Part shown: in pieces, positions 10,592 to 19,964 of the stretch
Numbering within the stretch: position 1 is the stretch's first letter
Layout: every line of letters starts with the position of its first letter
Source: Pseudobdellovibrio sp.
GTDB lineage: Bacteria > Bdellovibrionota > Bdellovibrionia > Bdellovibrionales > Bdellovibrionaceae
Length of the DNA: 64,000 nucleotides
Reading direction: 5' to 3'
Assembly: GCA_020696855.1 (NCBI GenBank)
Contig: JAJFMT010000011.1
Coordinates: 15,380-79,379 of the forward strand
Translations under genes and position numbers: made by a program
The notes under the pieces: generated by a model
Told to the model about the DNA's origin: nothing
The model's database searches: none
What the model saw: the letters and a program-made list of their open reading frames with translations, nothing else

Positions 10592-11101
10592 ATGAGTAAC
10601 AAAGTGACCATGACGGTCATCTACTTCACGGACGGAGCACTCATAGAAGATTTGCATATTCGCAAATCGTTGCTTCGTATTCCCGAAATCATCCAAACCC
10701 TCCGCGAAAATCAAGACGAGTTTTTAAACTGTGATCTTTTTATTGCGATGATGGATCAAAACATTTTCAATCAGTTAAATTATCACCAGAAAGCCCGCCT
10801 GAAATCTTTGATTCAGACGGCCTTGTACGAGCGATGGTGCCGTCAGGGAATCGAACCCGATCTGATTATTCACCGTAAAAAATATAATGATTTTTCTGAA
10901 GTCTGCGCCACTTTTGCAAAATTGGCGACCATCGAAGGTTTGCGTGTTGTTACAGTAGGGCCGGGCTTTGATGAATTGGAGAAATTTTTACGTCAAACTC
11001 TGAAGCTGGAAACCCAGATTCTTCACGACATGATTTCAGTCGACCCTCAGTTAAACTGGTTTTGGGACGACGTTAAAAGCGGCATTCAGCTGCACTCTTA
11101 A
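10592..11101 (+). CDS. Hypothetical protein resembling a truncated malonyl-CoA:ACP transacylase/PKS AT domain with no GHSxG active site
   Basis: IQTALYERWCRQGIEPDLII resembles the AT segment before GHS; VVTVGPG resembles the AT C-terminal EVGPG. Confidence 0.55.
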   Translation: MSNKVTMTVIYFTDGALIEDLHIRKSLLRIPEIIQTLRENQDEFLNCDLFIAMMDQNIFNQLNYHQKARLKSLIQTALYERWCRQGIEPDLIIHRKKYNDFSEVCATFAKLATIEGLRVVTVGPGFDELEKFLRQTLKLETQILHDMISVDPQLNWFWDDVKSGIQLHS

Positions 11102-11359
11102 CAGCTCTTTAATGGGCTCATCCTCATATCTTAAAATCCCTTAAATTCGTTATAAAATCCCGGGAATTTTTTTCAAACTATCAATTCCTTTAGGAATTTT
11201 CAGAACAGCAGTCGTAATGTGCTGGTTTCATTCGGGCACTCCCAAAGGAAGAAATTATACGTCCATTTCAGAATTTTATAATTAGCTGGAAAAAAGCGGC
11301 TTTCTATGGTCTTTTACGCGCACTAAACCAAATCTTATAAAACCGTTCCAGGGGGAACT

Positions 11360-12013
11360 ATGAAAAAACTATTGTTAGCCGTTTTGTTAACTGTATCTAC
11401 TGCTGCTCAAGCTGCATTATTAACTTACGAAGCCGGTCCTAAAAAATTAAACGATGTTGTTCTGAACAAGTCAGCAACTGTAAACGATGCTGCTGGAAAG
11501 CCAACAGCATTGAAAATGGATTTGTTAGGCGCAGGTCTTCGCACTAAAACTGTCTTAGTTGTTGAAGCGAAAGTTTATACTCTTCAGTTATTTTCTGATA
11601 ACAAAGCCGGGTTCAGCCGTGATGCAAACGCTTTAGCAAGCTTAGTTAAAAATTCTAACCGCGTAGCTTTAAGAATCGATATGTTAAGAACGGTAAGCGC
11701 TTCTTCATTGTCTGAATCTTTAAAAGAAGCAATTGCTGCTAACGGTTACTCAATCGATGCTGAGTTAACTAATGTTTTAGCCCTTTTCTCTAAATCTGCT
11801 GAAGCGACTCAAGGCAAATCAATCAGCGTACTTTTAACTAAAGACGCAGCTACCGGTAAGACAAATCTTTACCTGGAAGACACAAAAGGCGCTCAGCAAT
11901 CAATGGTTGGTTCTGCTGATTTAGCGGCGAAAATTCTTTCAATCTGGTTAGGTAAGCCGGTTGATGACGGTATCGCGAAATTAAAAACATCTTTAATGTC
12001 GCCGGTATACTAA
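11360..12013 (+). CDS. Secreted chalcone isomerase-fold protein
   Basis: Signal peptide (AQA); LLGAGLRTK..VY and ILSIWLG..LKTSLM motifs of bacterial CHI-like proteins. Confidence 0.8.
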   Translation: MKKLLLAVLLTVSTAAQAALLTYEAGPKKLNDVVLNKSATVNDAAGKPTALKMDLLGAGLRTKTVLVVEAKVYTLQLFSDNKAGFSRDANALASLVKNSNRVALRIDMLRTVSASSLSESLKEAIAANGYSIDAELTNVLALFSKSAEATQGKSISVLLTKDAATGKTNLYLEDTKGAQQSMVGSADLAAKILSIWLGKPVDDGIAKLKTSLMSPVY

Positions 12014-12032
12014 TAATAAAATAGGACCGATG

Positions 12033-12063
12033 AAAAGCAGCTCTTTATGAGCTGCTTTTTTTT
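12033..12063 (+). terminator. Rho-independent terminator
   Basis: AAAAGCAGCTC-tttat-GAGCTGCTTTT plus T-tract after the CHI-like gene. Confidence 0.9.
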
Positions 12064-12122
12064 GACTTAAAAAAAATCTAACGCAACTGGATGCAAGGTC
12101 AGCAAATCTTGCGGAGGCAAAT

Positions 12123-13178
12123 ATGAAATTCTTAATCTTAATAACTGCAGTTCTGGCTTTAAGCTCTTGTGACAAACTTAAAAAAATGGAAGAGGGCATG
12201 GAGGCGACCCGTAAAGGTATGACCGCCACTCAAGAAGGTTTGCGCAAACAGAAGCTGGCTGAAGCTTCTAAAATCATGTTAGATAGCAACAACCGTAAAA
12301 CACTGTCTCCGATCCCGAGCAATATGATGTCAGCAGCAAAAGCAATGGGTGAGGCGATCACAGCTGATGAAATGCTTTTATGGACTAAGAATTACCTAAT
12401 CAAAGTGAACGAAGAAAATTTTGCCGATACTTACCCGTTGGCTTCACAGCCGGATTCTCCTTCAGAGCCAACTGCACCTACTGAGCCGGTAAAACCAACA
12501 CCGGAAGACAACCCTGACTATGATCAGCAGTTAGCTCAGTACCAAAAAGACTTGGCTCAATACCTGATCGACAAAGAGCAATACAAAGCCGACTACGCCA
12601 TTTACCGCGCTGATTTGCGTGAATATAATAAGAACTTAACCGCGTACCAGGAGCTTCTGATCAACTTCACTTTGAACAAAGCAGCTGACCTTCAAATGAT
12701 TACTCTTGTTTCAGGTTTTGTATCAGATTCTACAATTCAGGAAATGATCGAATTGCAATCTGAACAAGGTGCATACCGTGACGTGCTTTTTGCGATCCTG
12801 AAAATGCGAGTTAACTTCTACAATGATGTCATGCTTGAAGCCGGTCTCATCGGTGGCGACAAAAAACTGGCGACATTAGGCCAAATCGAAAAGGCAGTTG
12901 AGTACACGGACAAAATCGATTTCGTTTGCAGACTTCCGATTGCTAATCAAGTGGCCATGAAAATTACCGGTTTTACGGAAGAGATGAACGCTAAATTGTC
13001 AGAGCCACTTCAAAAGGACTTAGCAGCTAAGAAGTGGGCTAAGGTTTTAGATAAAGCTCAAAAAGACTTCCGTGGTGACAGCTTTGCCGCTGATCCGGCT
13101 CAAAAAGACAATCAGGCTAAAGAATACGCAGCACGTTACAAGGCATTACTTCAGAAAATTCAATCTAAGCTAAAATAA
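12123..13178 (+). CDS. Lipoprotein of unknown function with PxxP repeat and Tyr-heptad helix
   Basis: Lipobox LSSC; internal PDSPSEPTAPTEPVKPTP followed by seven Tyr at 7-residue spacing. Confidence 0.8.
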   Translation: MKFLILITAVLALSSCDKLKKMEEGMEATRKGMTATQEGLRKQKLAEASKIMLDSNNRKTLSPIPSNMMSAAKAMGEAITADEMLLWTKNYLIKVNEENFADTYPLASQPDSPSEPTAPTEPVKPTPEDNPDYDQQLAQYQKDLAQYLIDKEQYKADYAIYRADLREYNKNLTAYQELLINFTLNKAADLQMITLVSGFVSDSTIQEMIELQSEQGAYRDVLFAILKMRVNFYNDVMLEAGLIGGDKKLATLGQIEKAVEYTDKIDFVCRLPIANQVAMKITGFTEEMNAKLSEPLQKDLAAKKWAKVLDKAQKDFRGDSFAADPAQKDNQAKEYAARYKALLQKIQSKLK

Positions 13179-13237
13179 CCGGGCCTTGGGAAAATTTAAT
13201 AGACTCAAAGCCGCGGTTAAAGGTAAATAGCAGTTCT

Positions 13238-13693
13238 ATGAAAAGCTTATTATCACTTGTTGCAGTTGTTTTTATTGGTTTAAGTGCTCATGCAGAAAAC
13301 GAGGTCGGATTCGTGCTGGGAACAGCTTCCGGCCTTTCGGGAATGATCGACCTCAATCAAAACCGTGCCGTCGACTTCGCTCTTGCTTTTAACAGCGATT
13401 CAAAAACACATTTCTACGCTGATTATCTTTTTAATAATGCCCGCAGCTATGATCTTAAAGGCAGTGCTACTCCGATGACACTTTACTACGGTATCGGTGT
13501 TCGCTTTTACACTCATAAGGGCGGAAAGCGCGATGGTGATAACTTCATCGGGCCTCGCGCTCCGATCGGCCTTCACTATAAAATTGTTAATCCTGATATC
13601 TCACTTTTCGGCGAACTGGCTCCGGTCGTAAACCTGACTCCTGAAGGCAGTGTTGATCTCACAGCCGGCGTAGGTGCGCGCATCCGTTTCTAA
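13238..13693 (+). CDS. Small outer-membrane beta-barrel protein (DUF3996-like)
   Basis: Signal peptide (AHA); amphipathic strands; GPRAPIGL and FGELAP motifs; C-terminal ARIRF beta-signal. Confidence 0.7.
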   Translation: MKSLLSLVAVVFIGLSAHAENEVGFVLGTASGLSGMIDLNQNRAVDFALAFNSDSKTHFYADYLFNNARSYDLKGSATPMTLYYGIGVRFYTHKGGKRDGDNFIGPRAPIGLHYKIVNPDISLFGELAPVVNLTPEGSVDLTAGVGARIRF

Positions 13694-13696
13694 TTC

Positions 13697-14305
13697 ATGC
13701 TAAAGAGCCTGAAGTACTATTTTTTCAAGAAACGACGTAAAAAATTTATTGATGAAATGTATAATGCGGTCGACCCATGGTCGGCCGTTTTAGTTAAAGA
13801 CGTCATTTCGGGATTTATTATTACGCATACGCAGGGCAAGTATAAGTCGGCTCTGGACGTGGGTTGTGGCGAAGGCACTTTGACCAGAACTTTGTCTGAT
13901 ATCTCGGAAAGCTACACGGGTATCGACATTTCAGAAGAGGCATTAGCGCGTGCCAGAGAAGCCCATAAAGATAATCCAATTGTAGAGTTTAAAAACCTTG
14001 ATTTTGACCGGGCGGCTGAAATTCCGAAAAAATTCGACTTACTTTGCTTCAGCTTCACGCTGGATTACCTCGGGTTTCAGAAGTATCCGGAAAAGTTCAC
14101 AGAAAATCTTTTTCAGTTAATCTCTCACTGCGCAGAAAATCACTGTGACGTTTTTATTTTCAATCCTGTCTACAATGATAAAAACCTCGAAGACCTGCAA
14201 AAATATTTTTTCATTTTCAAAAATTTCGGTTTTCACCCAAGGCGAAATGAAATTCTTGAATTAGAAGGAATGAAGCTGGCCTGTGCGTGGCTGGTCAAGC
14301 GCTAG
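13697..14305 (+). CDS. Class I SAM-dependent methyltransferase (NodS-like)
   Basis: ALDVGCGEG motif I; GIDISEEAL motif; N-terminal Y..DPW. Confidence 0.8.
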   Translation: MLKSLKYYFFKKRRKKFIDEMYNAVDPWSAVLVKDVISGFIITHTQGKYKSALDVGCGEGTLTRTLSDISESYTGIDISEEALARAREAHKDNPIVEFKNLDFDRAAEIPKKFDLLCFSFTLDYLGFQKYPEKFTENLFQLISHCAENHCDVFIFNPVYNDKNLEDLQKYFFIFKNFGFHPRRNEILELEGMKLACAWLVKR

Positions 14306-14319
14306 TTGTCTGAAGCTTT

Positions 14320-15465
14320 CTAAAACCAAATGAAATCAAGCCATACAGGATTATTGTTCAAAAGACTCAGTTCCGGTAAAAAATCCCGGTCATGGGCTTC
14401 AACGGTATAAAGCCCGTAAGGAATTTCAGAGTAGATGCTTCCTTTTGGCGGCCGTTTCTTATAATCAGAAAACTCATGAGCATAGATGAGAAATTCATTT
14501 TGCGATGAGGTTCTGTAGCACTCTCTGATGAGAGCGTTAAAAACTTCCTGATGGTCAGAAATTAAAAAGTGCAGAAGCCTGAAGCTCAGGGCCTCTTGCT
14601 TATGACTTCTTGAAAATGGTCTTGTCAGTCTTCTGCCGAATCTCAGAAACTGCGCGAATTTTAAAAATTGTCTCAGGTTTGTCGATTGCGGGCTGTAGTC
14701 CTGAGGTAAGTAATCCTGAAGAAGACTCGAACTGATCGGCTGAACGCAGCCCACTAAATTTTGTTCGTTATCAAATGCTAAAATAAACTGGCTCCAAGAA
14801 TACAAAAGCGAGCGGTCAATGTAAGCGGCTACATTCGCCAGGAGATCGGCCGGTACATAATCGCACTTGTGACAGTTCTTCATCAAATAGTCGATCAATT
14901 TAGGCTTATCCGAAGCCTTGTAATGCCGAACCTCGATATTTTTGTTCGGTTTGTTCATAAGCGGGTAAAACCCGTGAATTGAAACCAAATTGTAAGACCT
15001 TGAAAGCGAGTACTGCGGCTGGTAAGCGCGTTTTTGCTTCGGCCTGATAAATGCGTTCAGTGACTGGCTTTCCGTTTGATTAATGGAAGTTATAAAACCG
15101 TCACAATGTTCTTCGTAGCGCAATCTCTCAAGAATCGGCTGAAAGTATTTTGTCCACGACAAAATAGCTTTACGGTTATTTGAAATCCTCAGGTCGCAGG
15201 CCTGCGCCAGCTTTAAACTTCTTGAACTGAAGTGCAGAGTGCGAATAAGAAACGTGGCTGTGCCCAGGATTTCGTTGTCTTTTTCATCCTGAAAAATATA
15301 AGTCTTATAAGGCATTCCCATTCGCTGATAGAACGAAAAAAAATGCTGTTCCCGCTGAATTTTGATGTCAATTTCGCCGCGTAATGGGATGGAGGTAAAA
15401 AACTCACTCAGCTTTTTTGAGTCTTCAATTCCGGCTTCTTTTAGAACCAGTTGGTCACTAGACAT
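14320..15465 (-). CDS. Hypothetical protein, probable GNAT-like fold
   Basis: Long ORF; N-terminal LKEAGIEDSKKL and ACDLRIS..R resemble GNAT elements; overlaps pduO stop. Confidence 0.5.
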   Translation of the reverse strand: MSSDQLVLKEAGIEDSKKLSEFFTSIPLRGEIDIKIQREQHFFSFYQRMGMPYKTYIFQDEKDNEILGTATFLIRTLHFSSRSLKLAQACDLRISNNRKAILSWTKYFQPILERLRYEEHCDGFITSINQTESQSLNAFIRPKQKRAYQPQYSLSRSYNLVSIHGFYPLMNKPNKNIEVRHYKASDKPKLIDYLMKNCHKCDYVPADLLANVAAYIDRSLLYSWSQFILAFDNEQNLVGCVQPISSSLLQDYLPQDYSPQSTNLRQFLKFAQFLRFGRRLTRPFSRSHKQEALSFRLLHFLISDHQEVFNALIRECYRTSSQNEFLIYAHEFSDYKKRPPKGSIYSEIPYGLYTVEAHDRDFLPELSLLNNNPVWLDFIWF

Positions 15466-16021
15466 TCTCTTTTTTCCAGATGGTTTCAGAGATGTTGCAC
15501 TTCAGGTTCACCCAGCGAGCCCATGTAAAAAATAAATCGCTTAAGCGGTTTAAATAAATCAGAACATCCTGATAATGTGCTTCGGCCGCATAAATTTCTG
15601 CCGTTCTTCTTTCGGCCCGCCGGCACGACGTGCGGCAAATATGCAAATGGCTGGCCGCTATGTTTCCGCCGGGAAGAATAAAATTTTTCAAAGCGGGTAG
15701 CTGCTCTGAATAAGAATCGATCCAGCCTTCGAGCTGCATGATATGGTTTTCTTTAATGGCCGGAAGTTTTTTAAACACGTCCGCATCGGATGTGGCCAGC
15801 AGCGACCCTACTGAAAACAATTGATTCTGAATGATTTCCAGTTGTGCATTGAGTTCTGAAAAAAGAGTTTCCCCATTCAAATGCGAGCGAACCGCCCCAA
15901 TTTGCGAGTTTAGCTCGTCGACGCACCCGTAGGCCTCAACCCGAGGGTTGAATTTTTCCACACACGATCCGTCAACAAGTTTTGTCGTTCCTTTATCGCC
16001 GGTTTTTGTGTAGATTTTCAT
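15458..16021 (-). CDS. pduO: ATP:cob(I)alamin adenosyltransferase, PduO type
   Basis: KIYTKTGDKGTT, EAYGCVDELNS, FILPGG, RRAERR, YLNRLSD. Confidence 0.95.
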   Translation of the reverse strand: MKIYTKTGDKGTTKLVDGSCVEKFNPRVEAYGCVDELNSQIGAVRSHLNGETLFSELNAQLEIIQNQLFSVGSLLATSDADVFKKLPAIKENHIMQLEGWIDSYSEQLPALKNFILPGGNIAASHLHICRTSCRRAERRTAEIYAAEAHYQDVLIYLNRLSDLFFTWARWVNLKCNISETIWKKENV

Positions 16022-16047
16022 ATAGATATTCCAATAGAGGAATTAAT

Positions 16048-16857
16048 ATGAGTCAAACTATTCCGTTTTTTATTTCAATTCCTCATTCAGGAGAAAAAAT
16101 TCCTGAGCTGACTCCTTGGCTGAATGAATTGCCTGAGGAAGTGCTGATGTCGGATGTCGACCGTTTTGTCGATGTGCTTTACAAACCTTCGCTTGAAAAG
16201 CTTGAAATTCCGAATCAGATGACTGAGTGGCACCGTTACGCTGTTGATTTGAACAGAGTGCCCGAAGACGTGGATGCGGACTCGGTACTGGGCGCGCCGA
16301 AAAAGTCGGGCAGTCATCCGGATGGATACCACTGGGTCATGACGAAATCCGAAATCAAAATTATGCCGAAGCCGGTTGATCAGGTGACCCATCAAAAACT
16401 AACTCAACTGATTTTTGAACCTTTTCATGCAGGTATCCGTAATCACTACAAAAAATTTAAAGACATGGGTTGCGAAAACGTGTTTCATATTGACGCTCAC
16501 TCAATGCCTTCTTTGGGCACTCGCATGCACCGAGATCCGGGTGAAAGACGCGCGGATATCGTAGTTAGTGATTGCCTAGGTAAAAGTTGTCATCAGAAGT
16601 ACCGCGATCTGGTGATCGCCGCGTATGTAACCGCAGGATTCAAAGTCGGTTACAACTGGCCCTACATGGGCGGGCGCGTTACCGAACAATATGGGCGGCC
16701 TTCACTTGGACAACAGGCGATTCAAGTGGAACTCAATAGATCTTTGTATATGGATGAAAAAACGAAACAGCTTTTGCCTTCTCATAAAGCTGTTCAAGAG
16801 AAAATTTTAAAAGCTCTTGCTTATTTAAAATCGGAACTTCCCAAACTCGCTATATAA
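16048..16857 (+). CDS. N-formylglutamate amidohydrolase family protein
   Basis: SIPHSG, DLNR, IDAHSMPS, NWPYMGG, IQVELNRSLY; start reassigned to ATG 16048 after AGAGGA SD. Confidence 0.88.
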   Translation: MSQTIPFFISIPHSGEKIPELTPWLNELPEEVLMSDVDRFVDVLYKPSLEKLEIPNQMTEWHRYAVDLNRVPEDVDADSVLGAPKKSGSHPDGYHWVMTKSEIKIMPKPVDQVTHQKLTQLIFEPFHAGIRNHYKKFKDMGCENVFHIDAHSMPSLGTRMHRDPGERRADIVVSDCLGKSCHQKYRDLVIAAYVTAGFKVGYNWPYMGGRVTEQYGRPSLGQQAIQVELNRSLYMDEKTKQLLPSHKAVQEKILKALAYLKSELPKLAI

Positions 16858-16875
16858 GAGTAGCGTTATCCGCAA

Positions 16876-18270
16876 ATGGTCTTCAAAAATAAAGCGTTCA
16901 ATAAGTTCTGGAGATTCTCCAGCTCTTTTCAGCTGGGTATTCCAATCATGGTCGCCATTGGCGTTCTTATCGCGTGGGGAACTATAGTTGAATCCAATTA
17001 CGATGCTGCCACTGCAAAAAGAATTGTATACGACAGCTGGATGATGTGGACCACGATGATTCTTTTGGTCTACAACCTGACCGTCGTAGTGATTGACCGC
17101 TGGCCATGGCAAACCAAACACTATCCTTTTATTTTAGTTCACGCCGGCATTATCACTTTGATCGGCGGCGGGTACGTCACTTCGAAGTTCGGGCTGGACG
17201 GCAACATGGTTGTTCCGATCGGCAGTAAAAATAATGTGGCTTCGATCCCGGTAACGGACGTCGTTGTCTACGCCACGTTTGATGGCGACCGCTACAGCCG
17301 CATGATCGACCGCGAAGTCGACTTCTTTACTCATCCGCCGGCTGAAGATAACCCGATGATTCTCGAGCTCGGTGTCGAACAAATTAAAATTACCGATCAC
17401 GTGCCATATGCGCTGCTGGATAATAAAACCCGCAAAAGCGATGATCCGAATTCAGGCGCATCGATCCGCTTTCAGTTAATGAATGAACGGGTGAAGCAAG
17501 TCGAGCAAATCACGCAAGCCAAGAAGGGCAAAACAGCCTCGTTCAATCTTGGTCCCGCAAAAATTCACCTGGGTGAAGTGCCGGAGCAGGTTATGCCTGC
17601 AAACGAAATTTATTTAGCACCGCTGAATGAAAACGAGCTTCGTTACACAGTGATGCATAAATCTTCTCATAAGCCGTTTAAGACCGGAAAGATTAAAATC
17701 GGTGATGTGGTGGCAACCGGCTGGATGGGGCTTGAGTTCCGCCTCTTGGATTATCTGCCGCTCGCTAAAGAAGAGTACGATGTCATTCGCAAACCGCGTC
17801 CTACCGAGCAGACAACGGCCGCAATAAAAATCGAGCACCGGGGTGCAACCCGCTGGGTGGCATTGAATGATGTGGTTAAACTTTTCGGAGACACAAGCGC
17901 CTTTTTAATGAGTTATCAAAACCGCCGGATTCCGCTTGGCTTTGATCTTCATCTCTTGGATTTCAATGTAAAACGCTACGAAGGTATTTCAAAAGCGATG
18001 GGCTACGAAAGCCAGGTGCAGATTCTTGATTCTAACAAACAGCCGCTGCTGACCCAGACGATTTCGATGAACGAACCGCTGAAGTACGCCGGCTACACCA
18101 TTTATCAGGCCAGCTTTCAGGAAGATCCTGTCACTCGCGAGCCAACCATGTCGATTTTTTCAATCAACAAAGATCCGGGCCGCGCCATTAAATATATTGG
18201 CTCCATTATTCTTTCACTCGGAATTGTCTGGTTATTTTTTCAACGCAGGAAGAGGGCAACCGCTGTATGA
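16876..18270 (+). CDS. resB: System II cytochrome c biogenesis protein ResB/CcsB-like
   Basis: GTIVES, HAGII (conserved His), ISMNEPLKYAGYTIYQASF, DPG plus C-terminal TM. Confidence 0.85.
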   Translation: MVFKNKAFNKFWRFSSSFQLGIPIMVAIGVLIAWGTIVESNYDAATAKRIVYDSWMMWTTMILLVYNLTVVVIDRWPWQTKHYPFILVHAGIITLIGGGYVTSKFGLDGNMVVPIGSKNNVASIPVTDVVVYATFDGDRYSRMIDREVDFFTHPPAEDNPMILELGVEQIKITDHVPYALLDNKTRKSDDPNSGASIRFQLMNERVKQVEQITQAKKGKTASFNLGPAKIHLGEVPEQVMPANEIYLAPLNENELRYTVMHKSSHKPFKTGKIKIGDVVATGWMGLEFRLLDYLPLAKEEYDVIRKPRPTEQTTAAIKIEHRGATRWVALNDVVKLFGDTSAFLMSYQNRRIPLGFDLHLLDFNVKRYEGISKAMGYESQVQILDSNKQPLLTQTISMNEPLKYAGYTIYQASFQEDPVTREPTMSIFSINKDPGRAIKYIGSIILSLGIVWLFFQRRKRATAV

Positions 18271-19964
18271 CTAACATGAAACCATTTGCTTTCGGCAAAA
18301 TAGCTTTCGCTTTCATTTTCGTAATTTTGTTTTCGGGTTTGTCTTTTGCAAAACCCGGCGACGAAATCAAATATCTTCCGGTGCAAGATGCGGGACGTAT
18401 TAAGCCGTTTGACACTTTCGCAAAAGAAACTCTTGAGCTTGTCTACGGTAAAAAAACTTACAAAGCTCAGGATGATTCGCCGTCTATTGAGGCTCACTGG
18501 ATCGTGCTGACCTGGATGCTTTCTCCTGAAAGCTGGGTGAACCGTCCGTTGTTCGAAGTGCGCAACAAAGAAGTTCTTGCGAAGTTAAAACTTTCCGACA
18601 GCCAAAAACATTTTTCCGGCCAGGATCTTTTTAAAGCGTCTGAATTTCAAAACTTAATGCAAGAGCTGACCAATAAGCGTGAATCCAAAGAAAAATTAGA
18701 CCCGTATTTTCAGGCGATTCAGCGTCTTGAAAATCAGTTCATTATTTTTCAGGAGATGGCTGCCGGAAATTTATTAAAAGTTTACCCGGTGCCGGATAAA
18801 GACACCTGGCTGTCAGTTGCAGAATTGCCTCAGGATTTGCAGCCGGCTTTTTATGATATCAGTAAGTCAATTGCCGGTTATCTTGGCCAGACTACTGACC
18901 CGAACGGATCCCAGCAAACGTTAGCGGCCGAAGGTGAAAATCTGGATAAAGCCGTGCTTCATTTCAAAGAACTCGCAAGAAAATCAGCACCGGACAAATA
19001 CAACGTGGATCAAAAAATTAAAACGGAAGTAGCGTACAACTCGTGGCATCCGTTTCGTTTGGCCTACATTGCGTACCTGATTGCGGCTTTAATTTTATTG
19101 TTCGTTTGGATTAAGGGGACAAAATCCGGAATGGCAGCAGCCTGGGTTTTTGTGGTGATCGGTTTTATTCTTCATACTTTCGGTTTCGGCATCAGGATTT
19201 ATCTTGCAGGCCGACCACCGGTTTCTAACATGTATGAAACAGTTGTGTGGGCTTCGTGGGGAGCTATATTATTTTCAGCCATTCTTGAATACCTTTACCG
19301 CTTCCGGGTGATTTTGCTTGCCGGAACACTTTGTGGATTGTTCGCGTTGATCGTTGCTGACTTTGCGCCGGCGGTTCTTGACCCGAGCTTGCAGCCTCTA
19401 GAAGCTGTTTTAAGAAGCAATTACTGGCTGGTTGTGCATGTGATGACAATCTGTATTTCTTACGCTGCTTTCCTGCTGGCGTTCGGCCTGGGCGATTTGG
19501 GCCTTATTTACTTTGTCATCAATGAAGAAAAACATGCTGAAAAAATTCAACAGATCACGACGGGCGTTTATCGCGCAATGCAGATAGGTGTGGCTTTTTT
19601 AGCACCCGGAATTATTCTCGGCGGCGTGTGGGCCGATTATTCATGGGGCCGTTTCTGGGGATGGGACCCAAAAGAGACCTGGGCGCTGATCGCATTGCTT
19701 GGTTACATCGTTGTACTTCATGCTCGTCTCGTCGGATGGCTGAAAAATTTCGGTATGATTGCCTCTGGAGTAATAACATTTAGTTTAGTGGTAATGGCTT
19801 GGTACGGAGTGAATTTCGTACTTGGGGCAGGGCTTCACTCTTACGGTTTCGGAGCGGGTGGAGTGGAGTATGTTTCAGCAGTCGTCGGACTGCACATTTT
19901 ATTTTGTGCTTACGCTTACATCATTCACCGCAATCGAAAACCAAGTGATAAAAAAGCCGCGTGA
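18267..19964 (+). CDS. ccsA: System II cytochrome c synthase CcsA with large periplasmic domain
   Basis: GRIKPFDT, GRPPVSNMYE, WWD motif WGRFWGWDPKETW, GLHSYG. Confidence 0.92.
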   Translation: MTNMKPFAFGKIAFAFIFVILFSGLSFAKPGDEIKYLPVQDAGRIKPFDTFAKETLELVYGKKTYKAQDDSPSIEAHWIVLTWMLSPESWVNRPLFEVRNKEVLAKLKLSDSQKHFSGQDLFKASEFQNLMQELTNKRESKEKLDPYFQAIQRLENQFIIFQEMAAGNLLKVYPVPDKDTWLSVAELPQDLQPAFYDISKSIAGYLGQTTDPNGSQQTLAAEGENLDKAVLHFKELARKSAPDKYNVDQKIKTEVAYNSWHPFRLAYIAYLIAALILLFVWIKGTKSGMAAAWVFVVIGFILHTFGFGIRIYLAGRPPVSNMYETVVWASWGAILFSAILEYLYRFRVILLAGTLCGLFALIVADFAPAVLDPSLQPLEAVLRSNYWLVVHVMTICISYAAFLLAFGLGDLGLIYFVINEEKHAEKIQQITTGVYRAMQIGVAFLAPGIILGGVWADYSWGRFWGWDPKETWALIALLGYIVVLHARLVGWLKNFGMIASGVITFSLVVMAWYGVNFVLGAGLHSYGFGAGGVEYVSAVVGLHILFCAYAYIIHRNRKPSDKKAA

